Shown here one piece after another: positions 28,176 through 43,859 of a stretch of DNA of 64,000 nt. Source of the stretch: Eledone cirrhosa (taxonomy: Eukaryota); NCBI GenBank assembly GCA_964016885.1, contig OZ024740.1, positions 313,844,001-313,908,000 on the forward strand, written 5' to 3'. The notes beneath the pieces were generated by a model. It did not search any database and was not told the origin of the DNA. It worked only from the letters and a program-made list of their open reading frames with translations. Within the stretch, counting starts at the first letter, position 1; each line of letters starts with the position of its first letter. A program made the position numbers and the translations under genes.

Positions 28176-28718
28176 TCGATCGTCTTGACATTGATAGTAA
28201 TAACAACATCGAGAGCATCTACATATAATATGAACAAAATATTATTATTATGAAAATGGTCAGATGTGATCTGTCAAGGCTAATAGTATGGAGTTATGGA
28301 ATTGCTCTGGATATTATCATGGTTCATTCCACCTTTGAAACGATCGTAAAACAATGAACGAATTCAGCATTGAAACTTGTCTTTTTGTTTTAATTGTACA
28401 ACTTATATATCTGACGCTGTAGTTGTTTGGAATACTCAATAACATATATGATAGTACCTTTCCACAAAATCAGATAAAGAGCCTTAGAGACGGAAAAATA
28501 TTGTCAGGCGTTACTACGAAGAATCGAACACCCTATCTCTCAGAGCACTCATGTATCTTACAGGTACACAAATCAATTCTTTGTAGCGACCGCTGCTAAT
28601 ATTTTTCTGTCTTTAAGGGTATTTACCCAATTTTTGTAAACTATTTTATAGACTGTAATTTATAGACTGTAATTGCAGTTATTTTCTGCGCTTGAGCAGC
28701 CTATATCTGAGATATATA

Positions 28719-28796
28719 CAGGGTGTCCCCCAAAAATGTATACAATATTTATTAGAATGCTGTTGAAATATGTATATACTTTTGGGGGAACCCTTG
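28719..28796. mobile_element. ~80-bp Tc1-type MITE (second copy 49574-49653)
   Basis: TA|cagggtgtcccccaaaaatgtata...tatacttttgggggaacccttg|TA. Confidence 0.7.
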
Positions 28797-29130
28797 TATA
28801 TATACATATATATGTGAGTGTGTGTGTGTGTGTTTGCGCGTGCATGTGTGTATGTATGTGCCTGTGTATGTGTGTATGTGTTAGGGCGCTCGCAAGTATT
28901 ACTGGTAACGTGTAACCCAGTACAACGTTGCGCATGATCGGGTCGTTGGTGAATGAACCGGCAATCCCAGCAAGTTTGCATGATGAGGAGTGTGAGATTG
29001 GACACCTTGCGGTATGAAAATGAAAACCCGATGAGCGGCCATCTAATAGTGAATATATGTATATACATACATATATACATACAAACATACATACAAGCAT
29101 ACATACATATATACGTACATACATACATAC

Positions 29131-32100
29131 AATGGCGACCGTTGTGGCCAGTGTCCGATAATCGGACGTGTGTAATTACGGGTACATGAAGGCAACATAC
29201 CATATATTGGAAAAAGTTGAGCTAGATTACGCGGTAAGATTACATACAATAATTCTACATAAATGTTTGAACTGTAAGTGTGTTGTAAAACACCTATTTA
29301 TATGAACGATACATACACTTTACATATAAATGCAACGTTGTTATATTACATTTATAAAGAAATATGCAAGTAACATTTTCGATTCAGAAACAAAAGCATA
29401 AGTGTTTGAACTGTGAATATGTTGTGAATAAGTTTAACATTATAAACTTTAACATTATAAATACAGCGTTGTTATATTATATTACATTCATAAAGAAATA
29501 TACTAAGTAACGTTTTTTTTTTTGTTTGTTTTTTTCTCGATTCAAACGATTCAAAAACAACGTTTAAAACACAGTTGTAGAATTAAAAACTAACTGAAAA
29601 GAAATATTACCCAAGCTGTGAATAACTTTAAATTTGATTCTGACAGAACTTTGTCGAAACTTTTAAAGAAGATCATCGACTATTTTGAAAAATAAATACA
29701 AAATATTAGTGAATAGACGAACTCATCATGGCAAAACGTATAAGTCTCCTTCGAGCAAATCGCAACTACAACCGTTGTATACAGTGGAGCTACGAGCTTA
29801 ACAAAGAATTATATGAAGCATACAAACAATCTGAACCCCAAAAGTTCGGTTTTATGCAAAGGTTAAAAACTTTATGGAACTCCAAACACCCAGAATTAGA
29901 CTTCTCTCCAAAGCATTTAAATGAACAGGCAAAACGTATCATTAGATGTAAATTAATACATCTAACAGAATTGAGTGATACTACAAGTACAGCCCTTGTA
30001 GACAACCACCCCACCTCCACTGACAGACAAAGAGAATAGTCAGCTAAATCTAACGGTGAACAGCTCACCAACAATTTTGCTGAAATCCATCCCACTTCCA
30101 CTGAAGAACAGAGAGAATGGTCAGCTAACTCTAGTAGTAATTGTCACCACATCAACAACGAAGCTGAAATTCATGACTCTACTGTACAAACAGAACACCA
30201 AAAACTTGTGGACACCTTACAAGTGATATGGGACGATATGTTTCAAGAGCCTTAATGTGAGTGACAGACCATACAACACCAGAATCAGTAAAGAACCCAC
30301 TAAATTGGAATTGGAAGCGGTGAACGAAATAGCTGACAATTATCTGAAGGCTGTACGATCCAAAGGTGTAGAAACGACATTTGAAATGCTTAATATTTTG
30401 TTATATGTTTCAGCTGTCACATTGCTATCATATAAAAAACAAACATCTAAAACCACGCAATCAAGATACAAACAAAAAACCTGAACCAGCGTGAATGCGA
30501 AATTTAAAAAGCAAAATTTTGTCCCCGTTATGAAATGCAACATAGAGAGCAACTTCACACAACACCAGGAAGACGTAAGAAAAAAATTAGAGAGACGATT
30601 TTGAGATACAAAATTTAAAACTTTAAACTCCAAATTACACTAGTTGAAACAACAACTCACAGCTACAACAGAAAGACTAAAATATAAGTCAACAGCACAT
30701 TAACGACAAGTGCTAAATAGATTGTTTGCCAGAGATCCTAAATCAGTTTATCGCAGCTTCAGTGGCAAAAGCTCAATCTCTGTAAATGACACCCCTTCAA
30801 AAGAACAGGTTGAGAGATACTGGAGATCTGTATGGGAAACGGATGACGGATTCAACAAACAAAATAAATGGCTAAAAGAACTGGAACAGGACTACTGCCA
30901 ACATGTCCAGACAAAACAATATGACATAGATGGGTCAATACTGGAAACAGCTCTACAGAAAATGTCGAATAGGAAATCACCAGGCCCAGACCTCATAACA
31001 GGATACTGGTTGAAGAATTTCACTTTCTATCGCAAGATCTCACACGGCTGTTTACAGAAACCATTAAAGGCACACAAGAACTACCCAAATGGTTATCAAC
31101 TCCCACTACTCTCCTCATTCCCAAAAATAGTCAAACCACCCTTGCTAAAAAATTACCGCCCAATAGCCTGCTAAAACATCATGTATAAATTATATACTGG
31201 GTGCCTTAAGCTGTTCTTACAGGATCATTGTGCTACTAACAACATTATAACACCTGAGCAAGCTGGTGGAAAGAGGGAGGTGTGGGGTTGCATAGATCAC
31301 CTACTAACAAATAAAATGATTCAAGAAAAAACAACAAAGAATCGCAGAAACATGACTGTGGTGTGGCTGGACTATCAAAAAGCATTTGATAGTGTACCTC
31401 ATGGGTGGATTGTTAAGGCTTTACAGTTAGCCAAAGTCCCACAACCACTGGTAGCTGCTGTTGAACGTCTGACCAAGAACTGGTACACCAATTTGATCCT
31501 TAGAGGTGAGAAGGAACAAGTTAAGACTGATAAGATACATTACCAGAAGGGCATCTTTCAGGGTGATAGCTTGTCAGTGTTACTCTTCGTTCTCTCAATA
31601 AATCCACTATCTTACTTACTCAGGAAACAAGGTGGGCAAAGAAGTGGGTCCAGAAGTATCTCCCATCTTTTCTTTGTTGATGACCTGAAGTTGTATGGGC
31701 CAAATATCAACGACATCAAGAAACAATTGGACCTCATTACACAATTTTCAACAGACATCAAAATGAAATTTGGTGAGTCCAAGTGTGCATATTTGGCAGT
31801 AAAACGTGGAAGAGCTGTGCCCTCCTCTAGAAATCTAGAGATGAACGGTCTGACAATACAACCTCTACAGTCAGGTGACAACTACAGATATCTTGGACAG
31901 GATTAGAATGTCAGATATGATGGACCCATAAATAAGGAGAGAACCAGAACTGAATACCTCAGAAGAGTAAAGAAAATATGGTCATCAGAACTGTCAGCGT
32001 ACAACAAGTACATTGCCCACAATACTTATGCTGTGCCAATTCTAACGCCAACATTTGACCTGCTGAACTGGTCATTGCAAGAACTAAGTGAGATGGATGT

Positions 32101-33270
32101 TAGAACTCGCAAACTTCTCAGTGTTACTGGAAACTTTAACATCAATGGTTATGTGGATAGGCTATACTTCTCACGCAAGGAAGGTGGCCGGGGTCTAAAA
32201 TCCATATTAACATCATATGAAACCCGGATAGTAACACTGAAGCAACATCTTCAACAGTGGGAAAAGGTTGGCAACCATCTTGCCCCGGTTTATGAATATG
32301 AAGAAAAAAATATCATTAGAATAGCCACTGATCTGGAGGAGAGATATGGAATAAAGCCTGATATAAATCTCTCCCCTAGAGAAATCGGAAGATCCTATTC
32401 AATGTTCAAACAAGAAGAAAAAATTGACCAATTTACAGAAAAAGTTATTCATGGATACTTGAGACGTAAAACACAGACCATAGAGAGGATAAACCACTCA
32501 AAAAGCCTGGCATGGAGTTCCGACAAGTTTATGACATCACACCTTGAGGGATATCTCTATGCAATACAAGAACAAGAACTCCCTACCAAATATCTGCTGC
32601 ACAAAAGGGGAGGGCCATCAGCTGACAATAAATTTTGGCTATGTAAAACAAAGATCGAAGATGTAAGCCACATTGTTGCCAACTGCGAAAGAATGTCATC
32701 TGGTTACTACCTCCCCAAGAGACACGATGGGATAGCTAGAACCATCTGGAACGCACTTCGGAAAACAAAATTAAAAACAAACGAGGAAGAATATATTGAG
32801 ACAGATGGCACTAAAGAATACTGGTGGAACCTGAAAATAAAAACTGCCACCAAATTAAAGCATAACCGGCCTGATATTGTTGTTTGGGACCACACATTGA
32901 AAACGTGTTCTGTTGTACAGATCAGCTGCCCACTTGACGTAAACGTTGTCAGAAAAATACAGGAGAAGGAGGACATCTACGGACCATTGATGAGGAGTTT
33001 ACAAATCCAGTATCCAAGATACACCTTTAGCTTCATACCCATCATTATTGAAGCTACGGGTTATATACCAACCCGCTTGCACCAATGTATAACTGAACTT
33101 GGATTTCGCAGCTCCCTAATTCATAGTCTACAAATCGCTGCGATAGCTGGCATCATCAAAGTTTTCAAAACATTCTTGCGATTCAAGGGATGACAATTTC
33201 TTTTCTTTTACAACCTTGCCACCAGGAAGGTGGCCGGTCAAAAATATACTCAAAATTAAGAGAAAGAGAG
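29131..33270 (+). mobile_element. Near full-length, decayed R4-type non-LTR retrotransposon (RT + zinc knuckle + restriction-like endonuclease)
   Basis: ORF pieces 29728-30039, 30710-31174 (KSPGPD, NYRPIAC), 31181-31906 (LDYQKAFDSVPH, GIFQGDSLS, FFVDD, YRYLG), 32033-33193 (EGGRGL, RHD, HNRPDIV, ISCP); (TACA)n on both sides. Confidence 0.9.
31181..31906 (+). pseudogene. Reverse transcriptase core of the R4-type LINE
   Basis: Canonical non-LTR RT motifs; frame broken by stops on both sides. Confidence 0.9.
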
Positions 33271-33726
33271 ACATACATACATACATACATACATACATAC
33301 ATACATACGTACATATATACATACATACACACGCGCGTGCGCACACACACACACACACACACACTTAGTGTCCATGAACTCCGGGCGAGAATGTTCTTAA
33401 TGCTGCGTGCGTGACTAAAGAGAGAGGGGGGGATGGGGGATGTGGAAGATGGAGAGATACGAGTGGAAGCAGCGGAAGAGACGGAGGATTGTCTTCTGGC
33501 GGGACAAAGTAGAAAGATGGCAGAAAGAGGGGAATAGTAGCCGGTTAGTGGGGGCGGTGGCGTGATGTAAGGTCAGAGGTGCAGTCGACTCTATGGGCAC
33601 GGGTGTATATGTGTGTGTGTATATATATATATATGTATGTATATATATATCTTTATGCATACACATATACGTATATATATATATGTATATATACGTATAT
33701 GTGTATGCATATATATAAATATATAT

Positions 33727-34128
33727 ATATGAAAAAGTGAGTCCTTCATCAGTGACCCTCCAACCGTCCCAGGCATTTCATCGCTTTAAGGGCCATATGC
33801 CTCAGGTTGGTGCGAACAACGGCTAAAAAAGTCGTTGGGACACGTAAACAAAGGGGACGCCAGGGTAACAACAAAAAAGTTTAAGCAACGGAAAGTGAGA
33901 AGAAATAGACAAGTCCCAGATCTCTATGAATATAAACTCGGTGAAATCTTGAACAAGAGACAAAAGACCATCAAACGTGGTTGAAATGTGAGCAAGGAAA
34001 GAATTTCGCCCAAGATGGCCCTTAAAGCGATGAAATGCCTGGGACGGTTGGAGGGTCACTGATGAAGGACTCACTTTTTCATATGTATCCCATTTGCAAC
34101 GCCGCAGCTCCATTATTATCATATTTAC

Positions 34129-34129
<1 letters not shown>
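33727..34129. repeat. Family D fold-back
   Basis: Minus-strand body 33727-34010; inverted piece 34015-34084 plus ~45-bp tail. Confidence 0.75.
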
Positions 34130-34177
<48 letters not shown>

Positions 34178-35340
34178 GATAAAACTACCAAGAGTTTACG
34201 GTAGTGTCCAATCCGTATGAAGAACTCAATGTATTCCGGATATCATGGAAAGAAGAGATGTAATGAAAATCCACTTTCGGTGAAAGATAAACGGTATACA
34301 GAGTCAAGATAAAATATTAAACAAATAATGAACAAACAATTCCTTATATTAAACAAAAAAAGTTCACTATTTAACGATCGTTTCTAGGGCATATATGTGT
34401 TATAATTGGTATGCATATTTAACAGATCTATGTACAAAATTATACAAAATTATACAAATTATCAAGATTAAATATACATACCTAACTCATATATACGCCG
34501 TCTTCAGAAATAATGAAGTATATTTATTGATAATAACAACAATTCAAAATATCAGTACAAAATTGACCAATGAGAACACAAAGGGTTAAAAGCAGTTTGG
34601 TGTGTGTATATACATGTAAAAACCTTACACATATTTTACAATAATGTGTGTATAATTTGTATGTGCATACCAAAAAGATGGATGCAAACATGAAATTTCA
34701 AGGTTAATATCTCTGTAAGCTCAATGCGCTGATAAGATGCGCAATGATACTTATGGAGTCAAGCATATAAATATATTTTTTTCATACTCACACATATCAG
34801 TATAATCACACATACATGCGCGTATATGCATAAATATACACATAACCACGAACATACAAATACACACACTCCCCCACTCACATTTATATATGTGGATATA
34901 AAATCATAAGCAAATAGAAATTAAGTCACTCACATAAAACACTGGCACACACATTTCAAGATCAAGATACAGAAATTAGGTGGGAGGGGGGGGGAAAGGG
35001 GTCAGTATTAGATTGTCAGACCGGACTGCCTAATATAAATGTATCTATAAATTAAGAAAAATAAAAAAATAAAAACAATAAAATATAATAAATAAAATAT
35101 AATGTACATACACATACAGATATACATACACATACATACATGTACGCGCACATAGAGATATTTACGCATACATACATACACACATACCTATACAGTCATA
35201 CACACACATACATTTACACGAACATACACATACACATATAAAAAGATATATATACACACACACACACGCGCAACACATACACACATACACATATATATAA
35301 AAAATAGATATTAAAGATATATATCCATACATATATATAT

Positions 35341-35389
<49 letters not shown>

Positions 35390-35492
35390 TATACACATAC
35401 ATACACATACATACCCATACATCTAAATATACATACACATACATACACACATACATGCATATACATGTACATACATATACGCACATCGATAT

Positions 35493-35560
<68 letters not shown>

Positions 35561-36082
35561 TCACATAGACATAAAGATACATACACACACAACTTACATA
35601 CACACGCATATACATATATATATATATATACATATAGATGTACCCTCATACACAGAATTAGATATATAATCATACATACATATGTACCTACTTATACTCA
35701 TATAAATAAATACATACGCTTCCATATATGTGTATACACATAAAAAACAATACTACCTCACCAAACCCAGACATATAAATGAAAATAATAATAAAAAAAA
35801 TAATAAAAAAACGCATATGTATATACATACACACACGCATTAATAGAGATATATATATATATACACATACATACATACACATGCATATATATACTTACAC
35901 ACACACATACATACACATACATATACATATATATATATATATATATACACATATATATACATATATATATATACACACACACACACATAGATTCACATAT
36001 ATATATACACACACACACACATATACATAAACATATATATCCACACACTCAAACCACCATAAATACACATACAAACACCCAC

Positions 36083-36118
<36 letters not shown>

Positions 36119-38089
36119 CCACATACATACACGTACACACATATATATATATATATACATACACATACATATATATATATACACACACGTAAAAAACAGA
36201 CATGCACATATATATATATATATATATATATTTCATTACCCTTACATATATACATAGTATATATACATACACAACCTCACTTATACACATATACACATAA
36301 GTTATATTACAATAATAATAAAGAATAATATATATACATATATATATACATACATATACATATATACATATATACATACACATACATACATACATAACCA
36401 TACATACATACACATAAATATATACATACATAAATACACACATACGAATAAAGGCATATATTCACACATAGACACCTATATACATATACATATATACACA
36501 TATATATCTATATATATACATATACATATATATATACAACCATATATATATACACATACACACACACACACACACACAGAGACACACATACACACTCACA
36601 CATATATATATATATATATATATGTGTATGTGAGTGTGCGCAAATACACATATATATACACACACATACAAACACACACAAACACATACATATGCATACG
36701 TGCACACACACACACATATATCACATAGATACGAAGATAAACATATAAATAGAGAGACATACAAATATATACACAACACATATACACATACATACAAACA
36801 CGCATATACATATACATACATATATACACATATATATACTCCCATATACAAGCATACACATACACACACATACATACATATACATACACATATACATACC
36901 ACACATTCACATACACATACATATATAATACATATATATACATATATATACATACATATGTATGTACAATCATATATACACACTCAATCTTACATTCATA
37001 TTTACATGCTCATATATGTATTTTTATATTTAGAAATAAATACCCAAACCTATATAGACACCCACCTACACATATATTCAAACATATACGCTTACAAATA
37101 CAGATGATAATAGTATGGGGGAAAGGGGGGGTTTGGAGAAGGGGATCAGAGTAAATATATGTTTCAAGAAACATATAATATTTTCCATATCTTAATTCAA
37201 TGTATGTTCTTACATATTTACAGTGCTAGGAAATACGAAATCTATGCATCTCAAAACAAAAAAGCATACCATTAATCATATGTTAACTAAACCAAAGATA
37301 GTCAACATATTGATTTCCAAGGTGTAAATTAGTTAGGTTTATAATCTTTGAAGCAGAATTATGAAGTCAAACAGTAGTAGATTATTAATTACATTATAAC
37401 TAAATTAAAGTTAATAACGTTATGGTATCAATATTAGGAGATGAATTTAGTAATTGGGAAAAGAAACCCAAATAAAAATAAAATAAATAAAGTATTACAT
37501 CAGTAGTAGCATATAAATTATATGTTAACTAAATTAAAAATTATATATTTATTTCAATAGTATACGTTAATTAGTAAATGTTAATTAGGTATACAATACA
37601 TAAAGCAGATATTGTATTTCATCAATAGCATAATATAATTATATGCAAATAAAAATCAAAATTAATACGCATACATATACATATACATACACATACAGAT
37701 ACATATACATATACACACATATATATATATATATACATATATATACACATATATACATATATACTCACATAAACATACATACAGATACACATACACAACA
37801 CACACATATACATATACATATACATATACATATCTTTTTCAAAAAATTGCACAGAATATATTAACTAGGTATATATCCAAAACACATCCCATTCTATGAT
37901 TACATGACATTCTGCAATTCGTCTGTACAAGGATACTAATTTTAAGCAAATTAAAATTAAAGTTTTAGGTTGATTAAAACTAAAACCAAATAATAAATAT
38001 ATTTCCAAAATGTATATTAATTAGGTCTATAATACTAAAAATTCTTTCTCCGTCATTGGATACATGATATTATTTTGTTATATTTTATC

Positions 38090-38140
<51 letters not shown>

Positions 38141-38459
38141 TTTAAATAAATTAAAATTAATCTATAAATTAAATTACTGAGTATATATTAGTAATATTTA
38201 AAGGTTTTTCAAAATTTATGATTACATAATATTTTCTCATCTGTAATAAAATATTAATTAAATTAAATTTATAGGTTAACTAACATTTAAATTAAATTAA
38301 ATTCTAGAATAATGTTATTAATTAGGTTTATAATATTTAAATGTTTTTTTTAGTTTATGATTACACGATATAATTAATTCCTGTCGTTTATTTAATAAGA
38401 TATCCCTAGACTTCATTATTTCAAATAGTTCTTGGGAACATAATCTACATTCCTTTCTT

Positions 38460-40052
38460 AACATTATTACACATGCTAGACAAACACTTATTGAATTTCA
38501 GAATGAATACTGGACCAGAAACACATACAATAATCTTTTTGATATTACTATGGGTTCAAGCGATTCCGCCCAAATTACTGATCTTGTGGGCCTCTTTCTC
38601 CTTTTCAACATAAATGCCTCTTTTCCCCACCTCAAAGGTGGTTTATATCGTGATGACTGTCTTCTTCTTTCTAACAACCTTAGCCTTTCAGAAATCGAAA
38701 AAAACAAAAAGCATATTAGATCTTTCCTTAAAGACTATTATAATCTTAATATTACTTTTGAAAAAACAAGTAAAGTAGTAAATTTCCTAGATATAACTTT
38801 AGATTTAGCTACGGGTATATACCAACCTTACCATAAACCTAACCAAAACTTACATTACATACACTCACAATCTAATCACCCTAAATCTATCCTTAAAAAC
38901 CTTGCATATAATATATCACTTAGAATTTCTAACCTTTCTTCTAACCAAGATGTATTTGATAAAAATGCGACCTTTTATAATGAAGCTCTAGATAGAAGTG
39001 GCCACAAAAATAAATTAGAGTATATACCTTCTACTAAAAATACTGAAAGCATACAACATAATATTACCAACAAACACCAAATGAAAAGTACACACCTAAA
39101 TGCCACCCACAATATACCCCAAAATACTAAATCTTCTAATATAAAGTATAGTAACCCTCAAAAAACTACTCATCATACAAATATAATAAATATTAATAAT
39201 AAAACTCCTAATAAAAAAGATAAAACACCTAAATCTACAAATATAACTAAAAATAGTTGTGGTGAGATCATTAACATTAATCCTCCTAGTAAAAATAATG
39301 ATACAACATATAAAAATAATAAAAATAATAAACAACATAGAAACCGTAATAGACGAGTTACTTGGTATAATGCTCCTTTTAATTTACAAGTTAAGGATAA
39401 TATTGCTAAAAAATTTTTTTATATCCTTGAGAAAAACTTCCCGCCAAACCACAAATACCATCAAATCTTAAATAGGTCTACAGTTAAATTCTCATACTCT
39501 ACAACAAATAACATAAAACAAAATATAAGTGCATATAATGCATATAAATGTAAGAAAACCATAAGTATACCACCAGTACATCAAATTAACAATAATATCT
39601 CCTCAAATACAGAATTAACGAAAGGATGTAACTGTAGAAACAAAACAAACTGCCCATTAAAAGGGAATTGTCTTGTTAACAACATAGTCTATAAATGTAA
39701 TGTTAAAACTAAGGATTCTATTTGCTCATATATAGGAGCTACCTCTAACAATTTTAAGACAAGGTATAATACCCACAAACATAGCTTTAAAAATGCCGCA
39801 CTGGCTAATACAACATCTCTAGCAGAAAAAATCAATAGTTATAAAAATAAAAATATAAAATATGATTTGACCTGGAGTGTGCTCAAAAGAGCCACCCCTT
39901 ATCAAAATAATAGAAAGGAATGTAGATTATGTTCCCAAGAACTATTTGAAATAATGAAGTCTAGGGATATCTTATTAAATAAACGACAGGAATTAATTAT
40001 ATCGTGTAATCATAAACTAAAAAAAACATTTAAATATTATAAACCTAATTAA
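38460..40052 (+). CDS. Penelope-like RT + C-terminal GIY-YIG endonuclease (5'-truncated; Hydra-clade-like)
   Basis: Open from 38460 (NIITHARQTL...FDITMGSSDSAQITDLVGL, GLYRDD, VNFLDITLDL, PYHKP, YIHSQSNHP); EN region CNCRxxxxCPLxGxCL, IVY...YIGAT...FKTRYNTH, CRLC, LLNKRQE..CNH. Clade assignment is from remembered motifs only. Confidence 0.9.
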   Translation, partial: NIITHARQTLIEFQNEYWTRNTYNNLFDITMGSSDSAQITDLVGLFLLFNINASFPHLKGGLYRDDCLLLSNNLSLSEIEKNKKHIRSFLKDYYNLNITFEKTSKVVNFLDITLDLATGIYQPYHKPNQNLHYIHSQSNHPKSILKNLAYNISLRISNLSSNQDVFDKNATFYNEALDRSGHKNKLEYIPSTKNTESIQHNITNKHQMKSTHLNATHNIPQNTKSSNIKYSNPQKTTHHTNIININNKTPNKKDKTPKSTNITKNSCGEIININPPSKNNDTTYKNNKNNKQHRNRNRRVTWYNAPFNLQVKDNIAKKFFYILEKNFPPNHKYHQILNRSTVKFSYSTTNNIKQNISAYNAYKCKKTISIPPVHQINNNISSNTELTKGCNCRNKTNCPLKGNCLVNNIVYKCNVKTKDSICSYIGATSNNFKTRYNTHKHSFKNAALANTTSLAEKINSYKNKNIKYDLTWSVLKRATPYQNNRKECRLCSQELFEIMKSRDILLNKRQELIISCNHKLKKTFKYYKPN

Positions 40053-40229
40053 TAACATTATTCTAGAATTTAATTTAATTTAAATGTTAGTTAACCTATA
40101 AATTTAATTTAATTAATATTTTATTACAGATGAGAAAATATTATGTAATCATAAATTTTGAAAAACCTTTAAATATTACTAATATATACTCAGTAATTTA
40201 ATTTATAGATTAATTTTAATTTATTTAAA

Positions 40230-40267
<38 letters not shown>

Positions 40268-42240
40268 GATAAAATATAACAAAATAATATCATGTATCCA
40301 ATGACGGAGAAAGAATTTTTAGTATTATAGACCTAATTAATATACATTTTGGAAATATATTTATTATTTGGTTTTAGTTTTAATCAACCTAAAACTTTAA
40401 TTTTAATTTGCTTAAAATTAGTATCCTTGTACAGACGAATTGCAGAATGTCATGTAATCATAGAATGGGATGTGTTTTGGATATATACCTAGTTAATATA
40501 TTCTGTGCAATTTTTTGAAAAAGATATGTATATGTATATGTATATGTATATGTGTGTGTTGTGTATGTGTATCTGTATGTATGTTTATGTGAGTATATAT
40601 GTATATATGTGTATATATATATGTATATATATATATATATGTGTGTATATGTATATGTATCTGTATGTGTATGTATATGTATATGTATGCGTATTAATTT
40701 TGATTTTTATTTGCATATAATTATATTATGCTATTGATGAAATACAATATCTGCTTTATGTATTGTATACCTAATTAACATTTACTAATTAACGTATACT
40801 ATTGAAATAAATATATAATTTTTAATTTAGTTAACATATAATTTATATGCTACTACTGATGTAATACTTTATTTATTTTATTTTTATTTGGGTTTCTTTT
40901 CCCAATTACTAAATTCATCTCCTAATATTGATACCATAACGTTATTAACTTTAATTTAGTTATAATGTAATTAATAATCTACTACTGTTTGACTTCATAA
41001 TTCTGCTTCAAAGATTATAAACCTAACTAATTTACACCTTGGAAATCAATATGTTGACTATCTTTGGTTTAGTTAACATATGATTAATGGTATGCTTTTT
41101 TGTTTTGAGATGCATAGATTTCGTATTTCCTAGCACTGTAAATATGTAAGAACATACATTGAATTAAGATATGGAAAATATTATATGTTTCTTGAAACAT
41201 ATATTTACTCTGATCCCCTTCTCCAAACCCCCCCTTTCCCCCATACTATTATCATCTGTATTTGTAAGCGTATATGTTTGAATATATGTGTAGGTGGGTG
41301 TCTATATAGGTTTTGGTATTTATTTCTAAATATAAAAATACATATATGAGCATGTAAATATGAATGTAAGATTGAGTGTGTATATATGATTGTACATACA
41401 TATGTATGTATATATATGTATATATATGTATTATATATGTATATGTATGTGAATGTGTGGTATGTATATGTGTATGTATATGTATGTATGTGTGTGTATG
41501 TGTATGCTTGTATATGGGAGTATATATATGTGTATATATGTATGTATATGTATATGCGTGTTTGTATGTATGTGTATATGTGTTGTGTATATATTTGTAT
41601 GTCTCTCTATTTATATGTTTATCTTCGTATCTATGTGATATATGTGTGTGTGTGTGCACGTATGCATATGTATGTGTTTGTGTGTGTTTGTATGTGTGTG
41701 TATATATATGTGTATTTGCGCACACTCACATACACATATATATATATATATATATATGTGTGAGTGTGTATGTGTGTCTCTGTGTGTGTGTGTGTGTGTG
41801 TATGTGTATATATATATGGTTGTATATATATATGTATATGTATATATATAGATATATATGTGTATATATGTATATGTATATAGGTGTCTATGTGTGAATA
41901 TATGCCTTTATTCGTATGTGTGTATTTATGTATGTATATATTTATGTGTATGTATGTATGGTTATGTATGTATGTATGTGTATGTATATATGTATATATG
42001 TATATGTATGTATATATATATGTATATATATTATTCTTTATTATTATTGTAATATAACTTATGTGTATATGTGTATAAGTGAGGTTGTGTATGTATATAT
42101 ACTATGTATATATGTAAGGGTAATGAAATATATATATATATATATATATATGTGCATGTCTGTTTTTTACGTGTGTGTATATATATATATGTATGTGTAT
42201 GTATATATATATATATATGTGTGTACGTGTATGTATGTGG

Positions 42241-42276
<36 letters not shown>

Positions 42277-42799
42277 GTGGGTGTTTGTATGTGTATTTAT
42301 GGTGGTATGAGTGTGTGGATATATATGTTTATGTATATGTGTGTGTGTGTGTATATATATATGTGAATCTATGTGTGTGTGTGTGTATATATATATATGT
42401 ATATATATGTGTATATATATATATATATATATGTATATGTATGTGTATGTATGTGTGTGTGTAAGTATATATATGCATGTGTATGTATGTATGTGTATAT
42501 ATATATATATCTCTATTAATGCGTGTGTGTATGTATATACATATGCGTTTTTTTATTATTTTTTTTTATTATTATTTTCATTTATATGTCTGGGTTTGGT
42601 GAGGTAGTATTGTTTTTTATGTGTATACACATATATGGAAGCGTATGTATTTATTTATATGAGTATAAGTAGGTACATATGTATGTATGATTATATATCT
42701 AATTCTGTGTATGAGGGTACATCTATATGTATATATATATATATATGTATATGCGTGTGTATGTAAGTTGTGTGTGTATGTATCTTTATGTCTATGTGA

Positions 42800-42881
<82 letters not shown>

Positions 42882-42984
42882 ATATCGATGTGCGTATATG
42901 TATGTACATGTATATGCATGTATGTGTGTATGTATGTGTATGTATATTTAGATGTATGGGTATGTATGTGTATGTATGTGTATA

Positions 42985-43033
<49 letters not shown>

Positions 43034-43859
43034 ATATATATATGTATGGATATATATCTTTAATATCTATTTTTTATATATATGTGTATGTGTGTATGTG
43101 TTGCGCGTGTGTGTGTGTGTATATATATCTTTTTATATGTGTATGTGTATGTTCGTGTAAATGTATGTGTGTGTATGACTGTATAGGTATGTGTGTATGT
43201 ATGTATGCGTAAATATCTCTATGTGCGCGTACATGTATGTATGTGTATGTATATCTGTATGTGTATGTACATTATATTTTATTTATTATATTTTATTGTT
43301 TTTATTTTTTTATTTTTCTTAATTTATAGATACATTTATATTAGGCAGTCCGGTCTGACAATCTAATACTGACCCCTTTCCCCCCCCTCCCACCTAATTT
43401 CTGTATCTTGATCTTGAAATGTGTGTGCCAGTGTTTTATGTGAGTGACTTAATTTCTATTTGCTTATGATTTTATATCCACATATATAAATGTGAGTGGG
43501 GGAGTGTGTGTATTTGTATGTTCGTGGTTATGTGTATATTTATGCATATACGCGCATGTATGTGTGATTATACTGATATGTGTGAGTATGAAAAAAATAT
43601 ATTTATATGCTTGACTCCATAAGTATCATTGCGCATCTTATCAGCGCATTGAGCTTACAGAGATATTAACCTTGAAATTTCATGTTTGCATCCATCTTTT
43701 TGGTATGCACATACAAATTATACACACATTATTGTAAAATATGTGTAAGGTTTTTACATGTATATACACACACCAAACTGCTTTTAACCCTTTGTGTTCT
43801 CATTGGTCAATTTTGTACTGATATTTTGAATTGTTGTTATTATCAATAAATATACTTCA

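Noticed and set aside
29131-29210. HDV-like ribozyme at the LINE 5' end
   Set aside because: Only one hairpin (gtccgat/atcggac) is evident; the nested pseudoknot could not be built by eye
35162-37864. Many YI/CV/HT-rich ORFs here and across the window
   Set aside because: Translations of (TA)n/(CA)n repeats
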